Position numbers and translations under genes: made by a program. A stretch of DNA of 63,560 nt, filler included, from Octopus bimaculoides (taxonomy: Eukaryota): assembly GCF_001194135.2 (NCBI RefSeq). It is 4 parts of 4 records of this genome, joined end to end, with 100 filler letters (N's around TTAATTAATTAA, not from the genome) between each part and the next. Parts side by side here need not be neighbours in the genome. Positions count along the whole stretch, not along the records: positions 42,378 to 62,033 come from NC_068985.1; positions 62,134 to 63,560 come from NC_069003.1; 2 more parts are not named here. One strand, written 5' to 3'. Each line of letters begins with the position of its first letter. The stretch's first letter is position 1. The notes under the pieces were generated by a model. It saw nothing but the letters and a program-made list of their open reading frames with translations. It did no database searches and had not been told where the DNA came from. Positions 50,225 through 63,424 of the stretch are shown here, piece by piece.

Positions 50225-53200
50225 GAAGGTATATGTATGTGTTTTTTTTATGTATGTGCGTATGGTAAAATTCGAAATCTTTTACTAAAACTAAAATTAA
50301 ATATTTCATTAAGTACATAGGAATATTCTAGACCAGCCTCATAACAGAAATGCGCAAAGACATTTTTATGGCCCCAGATTTTAATACCACAAGGAAACGT
50401 TCATTGGAAACGATGTACAAATTTAAATAATTTAAGAAGCATTTTCCCTACTATGCGTCGGATAAAATCCTTTACATCATTTATATTTTGATTTCATATC
50501 CTGCCAAAGTAAACTTTGCTTTTCACCTCTGCGCGTTTCATAAAATAAATTGTTGTCAAATGCTAAGGTGAATAACTTCAACTAATTTTGTTCTTTTTAA
50601 ATTGCTTTTCTTTATGCTAAATTAACACAACCCGTTTCAGTTATAGGATCTTAAGTAGTATCAGCCATCATATCTCGTCTCGTCAAAACGGTTGTCCGAC
50701 AGTGCAGAGCTTAAAAATCTTTATTTTGTACTTTTAAAACTTTAACAGGCGAATTGTTTCTTCTGAATTATAATACTTAAATCTTCATCACAGGAAGCAC
50801 TATATCCGATTAAATGCTGTTCAATAAATATCCAATTATACTTTTAAATGTTAGAAACTTCCTGACGCAGTTTAACATAAATAATCAGATAAAGCAATTT
50901 ATTTTTATTTTGCGTTCAGTTTATTTTTAAGCTTACTAACGATAATTTCCAACAATCGATTTCAACGTGAAGAGTATTAAAGAAAGAGGTACAAACTTTT
51001 ACCATTAAAAAATAGGAAATTGCCTCATTTAAAATAGTTTGTGACAACGTTGCGTGCAATATTGAATTTTATATCAGAGTATGATGTGGTGAGTATTAAA
51101 AGCAACGACATCTTTATAGATCATTCTCCTAAAGGTCATACCAATAATATAAATACCATTCATCTATTTATAGAAATGCTTCCTGTTTTCTCTATGAAAA
51201 CAGTCACGAAAATGCGGCAAAAAGAAGGAACAATAATAAATAAATAATGTAGGACGAAAGATAACAATGGAAAGGAAAATTTAAAAAAAAGAAAGAAATT
51301 TCTGCCAATCAATTAATTAAATAGCTTTTAGTAGCACGTAGAAAAATATTTGAATGAAATGTCTGTGTATCAGTAAAGTCAGATTCTTTCACAATCAAGA
51401 AACCTCTTGAAAAATAAATTCTTCGTTGATGATCATTGACACTGATCAGGCTAACTTTGTGTAAAAGATTGGGTGCGTATATACACACATACAAATTCAA
51501 ATACTCACGCACACATGTGAGCCATAAAAATCAGCCGTTTTATAATCTAATATAAAAAATCTTTACTTTTTGTTTAATATTCTTGTTGCAATTCAGAGAT
51601 TTATTTTCGGTAGGACGAAGAAGTTCGTTAAAAGCGGAAGTTGGTTAATATTGCAAAACTGTGGAAGGCGGTCGAGTGACAGAATAGGTAATGTGTCGGA
51701 CATAACGCAGTGCTCTATTTAGTTAAACATGTTTGTATTCAAAGTAAAAATTATGCACACATCGTAATCGACTTTTCGTTTGAGAGCTGTTAACATAACT
51801 ACAATTTAGGACAAAGGATCCAGTCTATCATACTCTCCTTTAGTCTCCCCCAAATGGTGGTGTGCTCTTATATGATCATAATATTGATATAAGGAATCAA
51901 TATTATTTGAGGAAAAAAACGAAAGAGCCAAACAACATTTTAAACCCTGCCTCTTTGATTTCCATCCCTGTTTAATTAAATTCTGTTTCGAATTATAGTA
52001 GAAATTAATATTGATTTTCATTTCACTGTTAACAATTATATATGATTTGCGCATGTAAATTGGTTTACCGTAGTAACTAAGACAACATGGGATAATCTTG
52101 TAACTATATACATTTATAAATTCGTGTGTTACATTATGGAAGAATTCAGCGTTATGGTTAAGAATGTGCTTAGTAAAACCTTTTCAGGGTTCGTTGTAAT
52201 TCGCACTTGTAGTTAACGTAATTTGTGTATAAGTCTTACACGTGTATAAGCTGTATTCCTAATTTAATGGAGAAATCTTGCTAGAAAATATTTTCCTTTA
52301 ATAATTTTTGGTTTGTACAGGGTGTCACAAAAGTCACTATACACTTATTTTTTTTCATTTCAGGTATCATTCGGAGAGACGTGAGGCCATCAGAATCTGA
52401 CACCATAGACATTGCAATTTCTCTAAGTGTGCTCTTTCCTTGCCCATGGCTCGCCAATTGACATTCGTGCAGCGTTGAAAAATTGCCGCCTGACAAGCTC
52501 TTTAGTCCCCTACTGCAGATCATCAGAGTGCTAACGTTCCTGGCAGCTCGCCGCCTTAATTTCATATACCTAATAGACAAGTTTTCCTTTCCTAGCTGGC
52601 CACACATCATGTAAGTTATGTATGTCTCAAATATTTTCATTCCCCCCATCTGTATTCATTCTCTTGCCATGCAATATGTAAATCGGGCAGTGAAAGTCTA
52701 TAACTAATTCTTATAGAGGTGACAGCATTCTACAAATAGTTTAGCAAAGTTCTTTTTTTTATTTTGTCCGTAGCTTCTCTAGCAATGGCAGAACCTAACG
52801 AAATTGTTATTGTTAACGGCAAAATATATTTACTTCAAATATACTCACCAAATCTACTGTTCAGTACTACTGACACACACAATTAATCATTGAATCATTA
52901 TAAAGTACTTCCATGCAATTTGCGCCTCTACCAACGGTTACAGTACATACTTAATGACAATGTATAACACTGAACATTAGCAATATTTACAATGAAAAGA
53001 ACACATTATTCATTGACAGCATTCTATTGCATAGATTAAAGGCGACATTAAAATCTGTTTCAGTTAATATAACTATTTTCTTTTCAAGTCTTTCCGCTCC
53101 ATTCCTTGCCTGTAATGGTTGTTTTAATAACTTAATCCTAACTCAAGCAGACTAATTAAAAATACATCAATCCTTTAAACCGTACACAAAAGCGATAAAT

Positions 53201-53999
53201 CAGAATAAAAATAAAATATCAAAGATAAAAGAATTATTGGAGTGATGTCTGAAGCTATGTCAGATCAATAGTTCAATATGTGTGGTGGTTATCAAAGTGA
53301 GAGTAGTAAGTTTGCTTCCGTTACGAGACTATGATGCATTTACAGTTACTGATTGGATACGTTGTTTGTTTCATTGACTGCGCTAATGAGCTGACTACTT
53401 CATTCCTGTGGTTAAAGAGTGGTTAATGTTTATGAGATTTACGTCAGTATGAAGACATATTTCCTTTGACCTCTGCTGTTTTATGCATCCTTCCTCCACA
53501 TATGAATCCTATATGAATGATTCAAAGCGAATAACAATATCCGTAACAATATATAGTATCATAGTTCATAGTTTCACATGCTAGAATCAGTAGCACAAAT
53601 CGGAACAATTCATATCCTAGGACCGTAAAAGAGAAAAAAATATACGTAATATACTCCGACATATATTTAAAGACATGATGGAATAAGCTAGAATAGCAAG
53701 TCTTTAAGCAAACTTTACTTGATTACAGCTAAATTGTAGTGAATCTCCATGTATAAAATACTGAAAATAGCAGAAAATAAAGAACACACGTAATATAATC
53801 CTATATCCAACTGAAAAGATGGGAAGTTCAATGCCTTCTTTCAGTTTCCGGCAACAAAATCAACTCACAAAATTTGCCCGGTCCTATTGTAGAAGAAACT
53901 TGCTCACGTTACCACAGAGTAAGAGTGAATGCGGAGCCATTAAGCTGGAGGTTAAATTTCTGACCTAACACGTGGATTTTTTAGAGTGGGAATGTGTGC

Positions 54000-54260
54000 A
54001 GTCGATTATATGAACTCCAGTGCTAAACCAGTGTTTCTTTTATCGACCCCGAAAGAAAGCAAGGCAAAGTGGACCTCGGCGAAATTTGAGCAGAAAATGT
54101 AAAATGTCGGAAGAAATGCAACTAAGCATTTTGACGGTGCAATATCGGAGCAGCAAGAACACCACCTGAAAAAATATATACTGATAGAATAAGAATTCTT
54201 TTGAATTTCAGCACAAGGCTTATAATAAGGACAGTGGATTATTCGATATAACAAAGCCTA
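54000..54260 (-). mobile_element. SINE family A remnants
   Basis: TTTATCGACCCCGAAAG..GGCAAAGTGGACCTCGGCGAAATTTGAGCAGAA. Confidence 0.7.
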
Positions 54261-54781
54261 GCATTGGACTGACAGCTTACTCTATCGATCATCGATCTCG
54301 TATAGTGAAATCAAGCCTTTATCTAGCTGGGAATCGAACTGACAACATGAAGTACCAGATATAATAGTAAAAATTGCTTGTTGTTTCTCTCTAAATATTG
54401 AATCATCTTCGATATTTTCTGGATATTAAGTGGCTGCGAAGCATGAAATTGAATAGAATTTCGTTTACTTTTTTTCGTCTTTAATTATACGTTATACGTA
54501 GATTCTGTAGATTTCTAGTTTACGCGTCTTCGCTAACATTTATAAATATCCACGTTGAAGTTAATATAATATTTTACGATGTTGATGTCGCAACAAATTT
54601 CCTCCTGTCAGCCTATAATTATTTCTTTGATATTGATTTTCCTGTGACGTCTTGGATTCTATACTTATTCCACAATATCTCACAACCTGCCACGCAAACC
54701 GAAATATTTGAAAAACTTCAGTAGCAAAAATATTAGGTCAGACGCAAATATGATGTTTAAATATCCACTATGTCTTATAAT

Positions 54782-54821
<40 letters not shown>

Positions 54822-55319
54822 CAGATAGATAGATATACAATGTATATATAGAAGCAAAATTTAGATCAGTTAAAATAGGTTTATGACATATTTAAACTGT
54901 TAAAATGCAAATTCACTTCCTTTACTCTGGAGAAAATATCCCCCATAATAAAAAGCTGTGAAAACAGCCGGCTTTTTCAGGAATCCCAGACATCGAAGTT
55001 TCGAGTTTTATTGATCTTGTCAATGGGGTGTACCTAAGAAAAGTAACTCTGAACACATTCGTTGTGCAATAGCTTTATGTAAAACCCAGTCAACAGCGTT
55101 GACTGATTTGCGCAGGTAGATCGCCCGGTCGAGGAAAATAACGATATGTCATCGCCAAGTGTTGTTTGGGTAAAAGTAAAATTCAGGTTAGTTAAAATAT
55201 GTTTGTGACGTATTTCAACGGCTAAAAGGCAACTTCACTAGTGTTACCATTGCGAAAGTATCTCTCTTATAATTAAAAGCTTATATATATANNNNNNNNN
55301 NNNNNNNNNNNNNNNNNNN

Positions 55320-55480
55320 ATATATGGGAGAATATACGAAAAAACAACAACAGACGAGGACAGGTGGTGTAAACAACAAAAGGATGTATTAGTTTAACGC
55401 TCGGGAATACAGAAAGGCTTTAACGTTTCGAGCTACGCTCTTCAACAGAAAGAATACGGAGAAAACAAGGAGAAAAACAC
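55320..55480 (-). mobile_element. pLTR-like repeat with a hammerhead-like motif (55418-55452)
   Basis: Minus strand: cttt-CTGTTGA-a-GAGC gta GCTC-GAAA-CGTT-aaag, ending TATTCTCCCATA next to (TA)n/gap. Confidence 0.65.
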
Positions 55481-56162
55481 GGAGAACATTGTCGGGAATC
55501 AGCCGAATCGAGCCGACCCACGTATGAGGCTACTGCAAAAACCCGAAACTGACCGATGAGCATGGTTATACCTTGACCACTGCTCCTGGGCAATTACGCT
55601 CCCTGTCAGTATGTATATATACGATTGTGTATGTCAAGTGCAGCATTGGAACGGTTTAGCTTTTATTTCCTATCACTGTATTCGAACTCCCTTAGCCATA
55701 TTTAATAACAAATGACAATTAAGATTTTCCTTTTTGGTAAAACATTGCATCCAGCTGCCTTTATCAATCATATATATATATATATATAGGAAAATGAAAA
55801 AAAGCCTGAATGCCAAACTGGAAGCACACCTCAATAAAGATCTCCTCCAACCGGCCCCCACTGCGAAAAGCAAACTATCAAGAAGAAGGAAAACGCAAAC
55901 GTTTCCCCGAAAAAAAAAATATTTCTCTATTTTCGTGTATTGAGTTCTTGGTCCAGATGGACTTGAGTTCACGGTTTTTTTTTTCTTTTTGGCATTTATA
56001 TAAATAAAAATTCTGGCACTATCATGCTACTAGCTGTCAGAAGCGAAAGCGCTCACCGCCAGTGAAGCATCTGTCTGTCTGCCTGCCTGTTGCTGGCCTG
56101 TCGATTCCTTGGCCACCGACAGCCAACACCATGACTGGCCGGAGCCATATGTCCGTCTGTCT

Positions 56163-56394
56163 GTCTCTCTCTCCATCCATCCATCTATCACTCGAAAGTT
56201 CGCGCGTCCGCGCTAGTGCCAACTCCTCTCTTAACACCAACCACCACCACCACTACAACAACAGCACTAACAACAACAACAGCAACAGCACCAAATACTG
56301 CGGGAAAATATTTATACATTACTTTAGGGAAAAGCTGGCACTAGGGCGGACGCGCGAACTTTCGAGTGATAGATGGATGGATGGAGAGAGAGAC
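56163..56394. repeat. Inverted repeat: 59-bp arms, 1 mismatch, 114-bp spacer; right arm abuts a gap
   Basis: 56163-56221 is the reverse complement of 56336-56394 except G56212/G56345. Confidence 0.92.
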
Positions 56395-56746
56395 NNNNNN
56401 NNNNNNNNNNNNNNNNNNNNNNNNNNNNNNNNNNNNNNNNNNNNNNNNNNNNNNNNNNNNNNNNNNNNNNNNNNNNNNNNNNNNNNNNNNNNNNNNNNNN
56501 NNNNNNNNNNNNNNNNNNNNNNNNNNNNNNNNNNNNNNNNNNNNNNNNNNNNNNNNNNNNNNNNNNNNNNNNNNNNNNNNNNNNNNNNNNNNNNNNNNNN
56601 NNNNNNNNNNNNNNNNNNNNNNNNNNNNNNNNNNNNNNNNNNNNNNNNNNNNNNNNNNNNNNNNNNNNNNNNNNNNNNNNNNNNNNNNNNNNNNNNNNNN
56701 NNNNNNNNNNNNNNNNNNNNNNNNNNNNNNNNNNNNNNNNNNNNNN

Positions 56747-56792
<46 letters not shown>

Positions 56793-58345
56793 AGTGTGAG
56801 TGTGTGTGTGTGAGGAATAAAAGCCATTTCTATTCATTATTTCAATTATTATGTTTCTCTGGGTGTGTGTGTGTGTCTGTTACAACTCTATTTCACAGTA
56901 GATTTCTTGAGGAAATGGGTTTCAACACCCAAATGTTGAAAGAAATTCTTTACACACACCCAAGTGCCACGACAATGGAATACTGCTTCTTCATCTGCGA
57001 GGTGATTGCTCTCAAAGATAAAGACACTCTCCACCACACTGATTGATTTTAAACTCTAACACAAGGGCATTCTATTATCTCCTTCACTCACTTCATTCTC
57101 TTCTAACATAGTCTCTAATATTTACTTTTGTCTAGTGGCCGACAATCCTTACCGAAGCAGCCTCTTCACATTAGTCATACTGCATTTGTTTAGCAACTGT
57201 AATAGTCTACTATAACCGCCCTATACATTTAGTTCTGTCTATATCTAGAATATTATATCAGCCCTCTGAAACTCAGAAAGGATCATTATATTCCTCCATT
57301 TCATCTATTATATCAGAGCTCAACGAGCGCAGAGAAATAACTTTTACCGCTCACACAAAAGAATAAAATATCTATCACGTGGTATCTTTGATCGAAAGAT
57401 TTCAAAATTTATTAATTGAAACTCACAACAATAAACGACATGTCGATAATGTTTGTTTGTTAGTGTATGTGTGTTCGTCGATATACCTATTATTTTTTTC
57501 CTTAATCGGATTATATCACCATGTATTTTTCCATAAATACTCATCAGTGTTGTTTTGTTGTTTTTGAAGCATACTTCTGCGTCAAATACTTATGTTGTTC
57601 AGCGTTTATGTTTTTGTAGATACATCTCACAAAGAATGCATGATCATAAAAACGAGGAAATTCTTAAGGAAATTGTTCATGCAACCATTTTAATTTATTC
57701 TATCTTTAAATGGTCTCAGAGGAACATTATCATATTTCGTAATATTTTTTTGTACGCGAACTTCAAAACTTGTCTTTTTCATATTTTCTGACTGCGCTGC
57801 ACATATATGAGTGTAAAGTAAAAATATTTAACAACGTCCTTCATGAAAATGTTTCATTGTTGCACTTTTTTGTAACAGTAATTTCATATTTAGAACAGAG
57901 CAATATATGGGAAATCTGTTCAGAATATTTGACTCAATGGAAATTGCTAAGCTTCTTATTCCGTCGATTTTACATTACATAGAATGCGTTTTACTTGATC
58001 GTTTCTTATCGTGAAAAGGTGAACACACGATGATGGGGGGGGTGAAGAGAACGTTGACGACGACAATGACGACGACGACGATGACGATGAGGAGGATGAT
58101 GATGATGGTGAGAGTAATAATAGAATGACAGGCTGTGATAAAGAATAAGAATCACAAGATTTTATGGTTTTTCTCCCATAGACACTAACCATATTATCGA
58201 AGGGAGAAAATCAGATACGTAGAAGAGAAAAAAGTGAAACAGCCTTTGTCATATCACGATAACAGAATGGATACATAACGTAATTTTTACGATGCTCTAA
58301 GGATTCTGTCGGCTTCTCAATATGATAATAACAACAACAGCAACG

Positions 58346-58417
<72 letters not shown>
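58346..58417. repeat. (AAT)n microsatellite
   Basis: Direct reading. Confidence 0.97.
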
Positions 58418-58420
<3 letters not shown>

Positions 58421-58639
58421 CACTCAATCTTAACACTCACCTTAATAATAACAATAATGGTTTCACCTTTTTTCAATTTCGGGGAAGCGGGTGGGGGTAG
58501 GGGTGGGCTGATCGATTACATCTGTATCAGAGCGCAAATGACACTTGCGTTATCAACCACAAAAGGATAAATGGGAAACTGAACGTTGGCAGAATCTGAA
58601 ATCTGAACTTAAATAAAGACAAAATGGCTATTACATCGG

Positions 58640-58836
58640 CATCATTGCTCAAATGACACTTGTTTAATCAACCCAGATGCAGTACGATGCAATGGCTTTC
58701 ATGGCTTCTGATCGTAAATGATTGGAAGTGTTATCATGTGCACTGTTTTGTCTTGATATAAAGGATGGGCTACAGCAAATATTCTGCTCAATACCACAGA
58801 TTTGTTTGTCAGTTGTTTGACCTTAAACAGCTGAGC
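58640..58836 (+). mobile_element. Unclassified interspersed repeat (family F)
   Basis: GATGGGCTACAGCAAATATTCTGCTCAA..TTTGTCAGTTGTTT; reverse-strand homologue at ~45850-45980. Confidence 0.55.
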
Positions 58837-58838
58837 TA

Positions 58839-59280
58839 CTATGCCGTAAGTATGGATTTGAGGTTATAGTAGCTTGGTACCAACACGCACTGAAAAGTTA
58901 CTGGACGAAAAGCGGAAGACAAAAATCCTCTAGGACTTTGATTTCCAGGCAGACAAGGTATGTGAGCACCGAACGCTGGATATAGCAGCATTTAGGAGGG
59001 ACAAACAAGAGTGCCTTATAATTGACATGGTAGTGCCAGATGGACGTATCATTATGAAAGAAAAGAAGAGGCTGATAAATATGAAGGCCTGAGAATTGAG
59101 ATCGCTAAGATGTGGAAGCTACGAAAGTCAAACGTAAAGCTTATCCCCAATCTCATCGGGGCAGTGGATTCAATAACAACAATTCTGAAAAAAAGAAACC
59201 ATCTGAAAACTTTAGAAATCCCCTACAATCTAGGAGTATTGTAAACGTTGGGATTACTTGGAACTGCACGCAGTATTGTA
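58839..59280 (+). pseudogene. R4/Dong-type (restriction-like endonuclease) LINE C-terminal fragment
   Basis: KIL*DFDFQADK..TLDIAAF..CLIIDMVVPD..KE..(fs)DKYEGLRIEIAKMW..VKLIPNLIGAVDSI..LLGTA, matching the RLE pattern ILWDF/PD/IID.AVP/K..KY..L/IP.VIGA. Confidence 0.78.
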
Positions 59281-61104
59281 TTTATTTCATTTTCCGACCC
59301 AAAACAACGCGTAAATTTAAAAATGGAATATGATCGGTATCAATTCTAGGTCAATTCTTTTGACACCACAACATCACATACTTCTTCATAACATAATTCA
59401 AAGACAGATAATTCAAATGAAACCTATATCAATCAAGTGAAGTGAAGACTAGCAAAAAGTGAAATCTTCCTTTGAATCTAGTGCAAAGAATACAAAAGAG
59501 GAACACGTTAAAATTAACTCTCGTAATGCCAAGAACACATGTATCCAGCAAAAATCGTGTCAACCATATTTAAGAATCGTGCGAAGTGTATTTAAGAACC
59601 TGAATTATAGGAACCACCAAATAAAGAGTATCAAAGATTTCAAAGACATGTCTCGACCCGTGTATTCGGTCTCCCATTAGAGCAATCTCTACACAAATTC
59701 TCAAATATGACGGACATGGCATAAATGGCCATCAGAAGAATATGTTTCTATACTGCATTTATATTTTAGAGCGACACTTTATTCTAAGTTCAGAATTACA
59801 AAAGTGCTGCTCTGATATAAACTTTAGAGGGGAAAAATAAACCGGAATTAAAAGTGCGTCTGCGTACCGGAAAATTGGTAACCATAAGAAGATTCCAGCC
59901 CAAAATGTTCAAATTCAAACAGACAGAACATCGCTAAAACATAAGTAACGAATAACAAAAATACAAGTATTGCAAATACCAGCCGGGATAATAGACATAA
60001 CACGTGCTAAAAGTCTAAATTAAAACACAAAACGTGAATTCAGTCCGTGGAGAACTCCAGAATACTAACTGAAAAAAGCCTCACAACAACAGCACAAGGA
60101 AATGGCTACAAAGTTGAGAATATGAAGAAAATAGTAGAACAGGAAATACTTCAGTAGAAATCGTGATCATTACAATGTAAATCTTGATCTAATACAGGAA
60201 TATCAAATAAAATAGTTTCGTTTAGTTCTACGAATGTAACTTTCAAGGATAACATCGATTACTAAAGTAGCAACAATAACTAAACATGCAAGCGTGCCCA
60301 AAGTAGGCTTATGCAGTAGCGACTAACGTTTCAATGTAATTTGCTTAGTTCCGCGGTTGAATGCAAATTGGAATACAAAACCGAGCATTGCGAAATACCA
60401 TAAAATGAGGAAAAGGATACTTTGACCATTAATGAAAAGAGAAATACTCTGGAAACTTTGAAAACATCAAAACCCATTTCTCTGAATTTCAGTGAGATCC
60501 GCTTTGCGGCGTTGTAGAAATTTTCTAAATGTTATTCTGTAAGAATCCTACAAGAGATTCCTAAAAATTTAGGAGACGTACCACTAAATCTGATCATTAT
60601 TTTACTGAAATTTCTTCTGAGGAAGGGGATCATGAAATATCATTTCCATGCAAATGCTCAAGTTGAATGCACCGGTTCTCGTGCGAACACCAAAGTGAAG
60701 CAATGTTGGGCCTACTTAGTAACTAATGGGTGGACTCAGACACATACACACTCATATTGAAAAATGTGACGCCATCATCGTTGTATTAAATGTCTGTTAC
60801 TATTAGTCGACTATAGAAATATTATTTTCGAGAAAGTATTATATTCTTTCAATCCAAGGGAAAATCAGAATTACATGTTGACACTCGCGGGGTGTAATAC
60901 TATTACCTTGTAAAAATTGATTTGATTTCGTGTAGCCGCTTCAGAATGCATACGGAACAAAAAGACAGACATAGAATTTTACATATGGAGAGATAAACAG
61001 GATTGTGTGGCCACATAGCAATTCACACTCCTGTAGTTTATAATAAATTGAGACGAGCAGTCTCACACGGTCACGCATTTTCATATGCGTATATACGTTT
61101 GTTT

Positions 61105-61245
61105 GTGTGTGCGCGTGTGTGCGCGTGTGTACGCGTGTGTGCGCGTGTTTGCGCGTGTGTGCGCGTGTGTGCGCTGTGTGCGCGCGTCTGCGCGCGTCTG
61201 CGCGTGTGTGCGCATGCGTGCGCGTGTGTGCGCGTGCGCATCTGC
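61105..61245. repeat. CpG-rich (GTGTGCGCGT)-type alternating purine/pyrimidine minisatellite
   Basis: Direct reading. Confidence 0.85.
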
Positions 61246-61298
61246 GTGTACATGTATATATGTATATGTCTATTATATATGTGTCTATATATATATAT

Positions 61299-61329
<31 letters not shown>

Positions 61330-61350
61330 TAGATATAGATTGATAGATGG

Positions 61351-61383
<33 letters not shown>

Positions 61384-61394
61384 TAGATAGATAG

Positions 61395-62033
61395 ATATGT
61401 CTCTTTATTAGCCACACAGGGCTCAACATACAGGGGACAAAATACAAATGTAGAGTTTTTCTTTTCGATGGCGACGAAAATAAAGTAAAAAAAATAAAAT
61501 GGGGATAACGATGAAAAGGCATTGAAAAAAAAAACAAAAAAAAAATGAAAATATTACAAAAATTTCCCAATAAATGGGGAGGTTATCCGTGGAAAGAAAG
61601 ACCTACGGAAAAGACCACGGTGACCTCGGTCCTTAATGTCACAATTTGTTAAATAAAATTCCTTTTAATTATGCAAGAAACGTCAGTAACTCTCTGTTTA
61701 CAAAATTTTAAACGTTTTATAGAATCATGGTCAAGGTGGCTTCGTCATTTATACGTGCCATTCTTGCTACATGTATCCATCTTTTTCGAAACATTTGCTA
61801 GACAACACTTGCCTCTCTACTCTCACCTTCCTTTTCAAGTGATACTTGAAAAAGTTGATGAGAGATTGACCAGAGAGGAAAGTGTTTGTCTCTAATCCTT
61901 TCAGACGCGTCCACCAGATGCATTTTTTAGCCATAGCCACAAATACGATAAATACAGCTCTTCCTTCCCGTTTAAAGGAAGGAGGCGTGACGATATTGAC
62001 GATAGACTCGGTTGATAAACCGACTCGTCCCAC
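61395..62033 (-). mobile_element. L1/Tx1-like LINE 3' portion: ORF2 C-terminus, 3' UTR, AATAAA, then (TATC)n
   Basis: VFVAMAKKCIWWTRLKGL..LINFFKYHLKRKVRVERQVLSSKCF(fs)KRWIHVARM..IL* (stop at 61717); the UTR matches 1311-1600. Confidence 0.7.
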
Positions 62034-62133
62034 NNNNNNNNNNNNNNNNNNNNNNNNNNNNNNNNNNNNNNNNNNNNTTAATTAATTAANNNNNNNNNNN
62101 NNNNNNNNNNNNNNNNNNNNNNNNNNNNNNNNN
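62034..62133. other. Artificial scaffold spacer N44-TTAATTAATTAA-N44
   Basis: Identical 100-bp structure. Confidence 0.95.
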
Positions 62134-62386
62134 TCACAAACGAGAATACTAAAAATGAACTCGACCGCTCTCAAAAGTTAAGTAAAAAAACAGGAAAAGT
62201 AATCCAGAATCCTTGTCCGGTACCGGATCGATCCCAAAATCTAATCAGTTCGTGCCAGTCACAAGGCCAAACATCCCTGAAAGTTTCATCTGAATCCATC
62301 CAGCGGTTCTTGAGATATCATGTTCATGGACAAACAAAAGAATGCGACTGAAAACAATACCTACACCTTCGCTAAGGCGGACGTAA
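62134..62386. mobile_element. Family D (Helentron/HINE-like) element, truncated by the scaffold join
   Basis: High similarity to 24360-24619. Confidence 0.7.
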
Positions 62387-62394
62387 TGATCCTT

Positions 62395-62615
62395 TCTTCT
62401 AATGGGCACAAGGGTCTGAAATTTGGGGGAGGGGACTAGTCAATTACATCGACCCCAGTGTTTCACTGGTATTTAATTTATCGACCCCCGAAAAGATGAA
62501 ATGCAAAGTCAACCTCGACGGAATTTGAACTCAGAACATAAAGACGGACGAAATGCCACTAAGCATTTTGTTAACGATTCTATTAACGATTCTGCCAACT
62601 CGCCGCCTTACAAAT
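62395..62615 (-). mobile_element. SINE family A
   Basis: Reverse complement AAGGCGGCGAGTTGGCAGAATCGTT..TTCTGAGTTCAAATTCCGTCGAGGTTGAC..GGGGTCGATG..CAGACCCTTGTGCCCA. Confidence 0.82.
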
Positions 62616-62699
62616 GATAATAATAATAATTAACAGAAATAAAAAAAAAATAATAATAAATTAGTAATTTTTCGTTCAGAAAGTCCTGTAGGCACCAGG

Positions 62700-63062
62700 T
62701 TTCCCGTGACTAGCATAATGTTTCATTTCTGGCACTGGCACTCCGTCAGTGCACTCCGTCAGTTACGACGACGAGTGACCCAGTTGATTTGATCAACCGA
62801 ACAGCCTGCTCATGTAAGTAACACGCAATTGGCTGAATACATCACAGGCACCACATACCTTTAACCTTGTTTGCAGGGAGATTCAGAGTGACACAACGTG
62901 ACAAAGCCGGTTCTTTGAATTACAGGTCCGACTCATTTTTATCAGTTGCGTGGACCGGAGCAAAGTGAAATAAAGCATCTCTGCTCAAGGACGCAACGCA
63001 CCACCGGAAATCGAACTCACAATCGTAAGTGGAATACCCTAACCACTAAGCCACGCGCTTTC
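62700..63062 (-). mobile_element. SINE family C
   Basis: Reverse complement head GCGCGTGGCTTAGTGGTTAGGG..GAGTTCGATTTCCGG; body matches 38830-39095. Confidence 0.8.
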
Positions 63063-63154
63063 CACTAATATTCCATTTCTAATATACTGTTGAATTGTAG
63101 ATACATCTTCAGTATCCATTAGTATTAGATTACCTCGAAATATGGTAGAAAAAG

Positions 63155-63424
63155 GAAGATTCATTCATCCATCATTTTTCACCGCCCCTTATTCCGGGGA
63201 CGATTGCGTTAGTAGAGTACTAGAGAACTCAGGCACCTCCTCCCCAGGGTCTTACCAGAAGAATCCGTCATCAGAATTTCCAGCTGGATTCCCAAGAGTG
63301 ACCAACTATGACTATGGATATTATCCAAGCATTTCGTTCTTGGTCTACCCTTAGGCCTCCTGCTGGTTAGCTTGGCTTGAAGAGATCCGTCTTGTTGTGT
63401 CCTCTCAATGCCGAGAAGCAGCAA
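63155..63424 (-). pseudogene. RTE (Expander/Rex3-like) LINE 3' fragment
   Basis: SRRPKGRPRTKCLDNIHSHSWSLLGI..; tail GAAAAATGATGGATGAATGAATC. Confidence 0.75.

Noticed and set aside
56890-57046. Short protein-like frame FLEEMGFNTQMLKEILY..
   Set aside because: No recognisable family and no convincing splice pair; within chance expectation.
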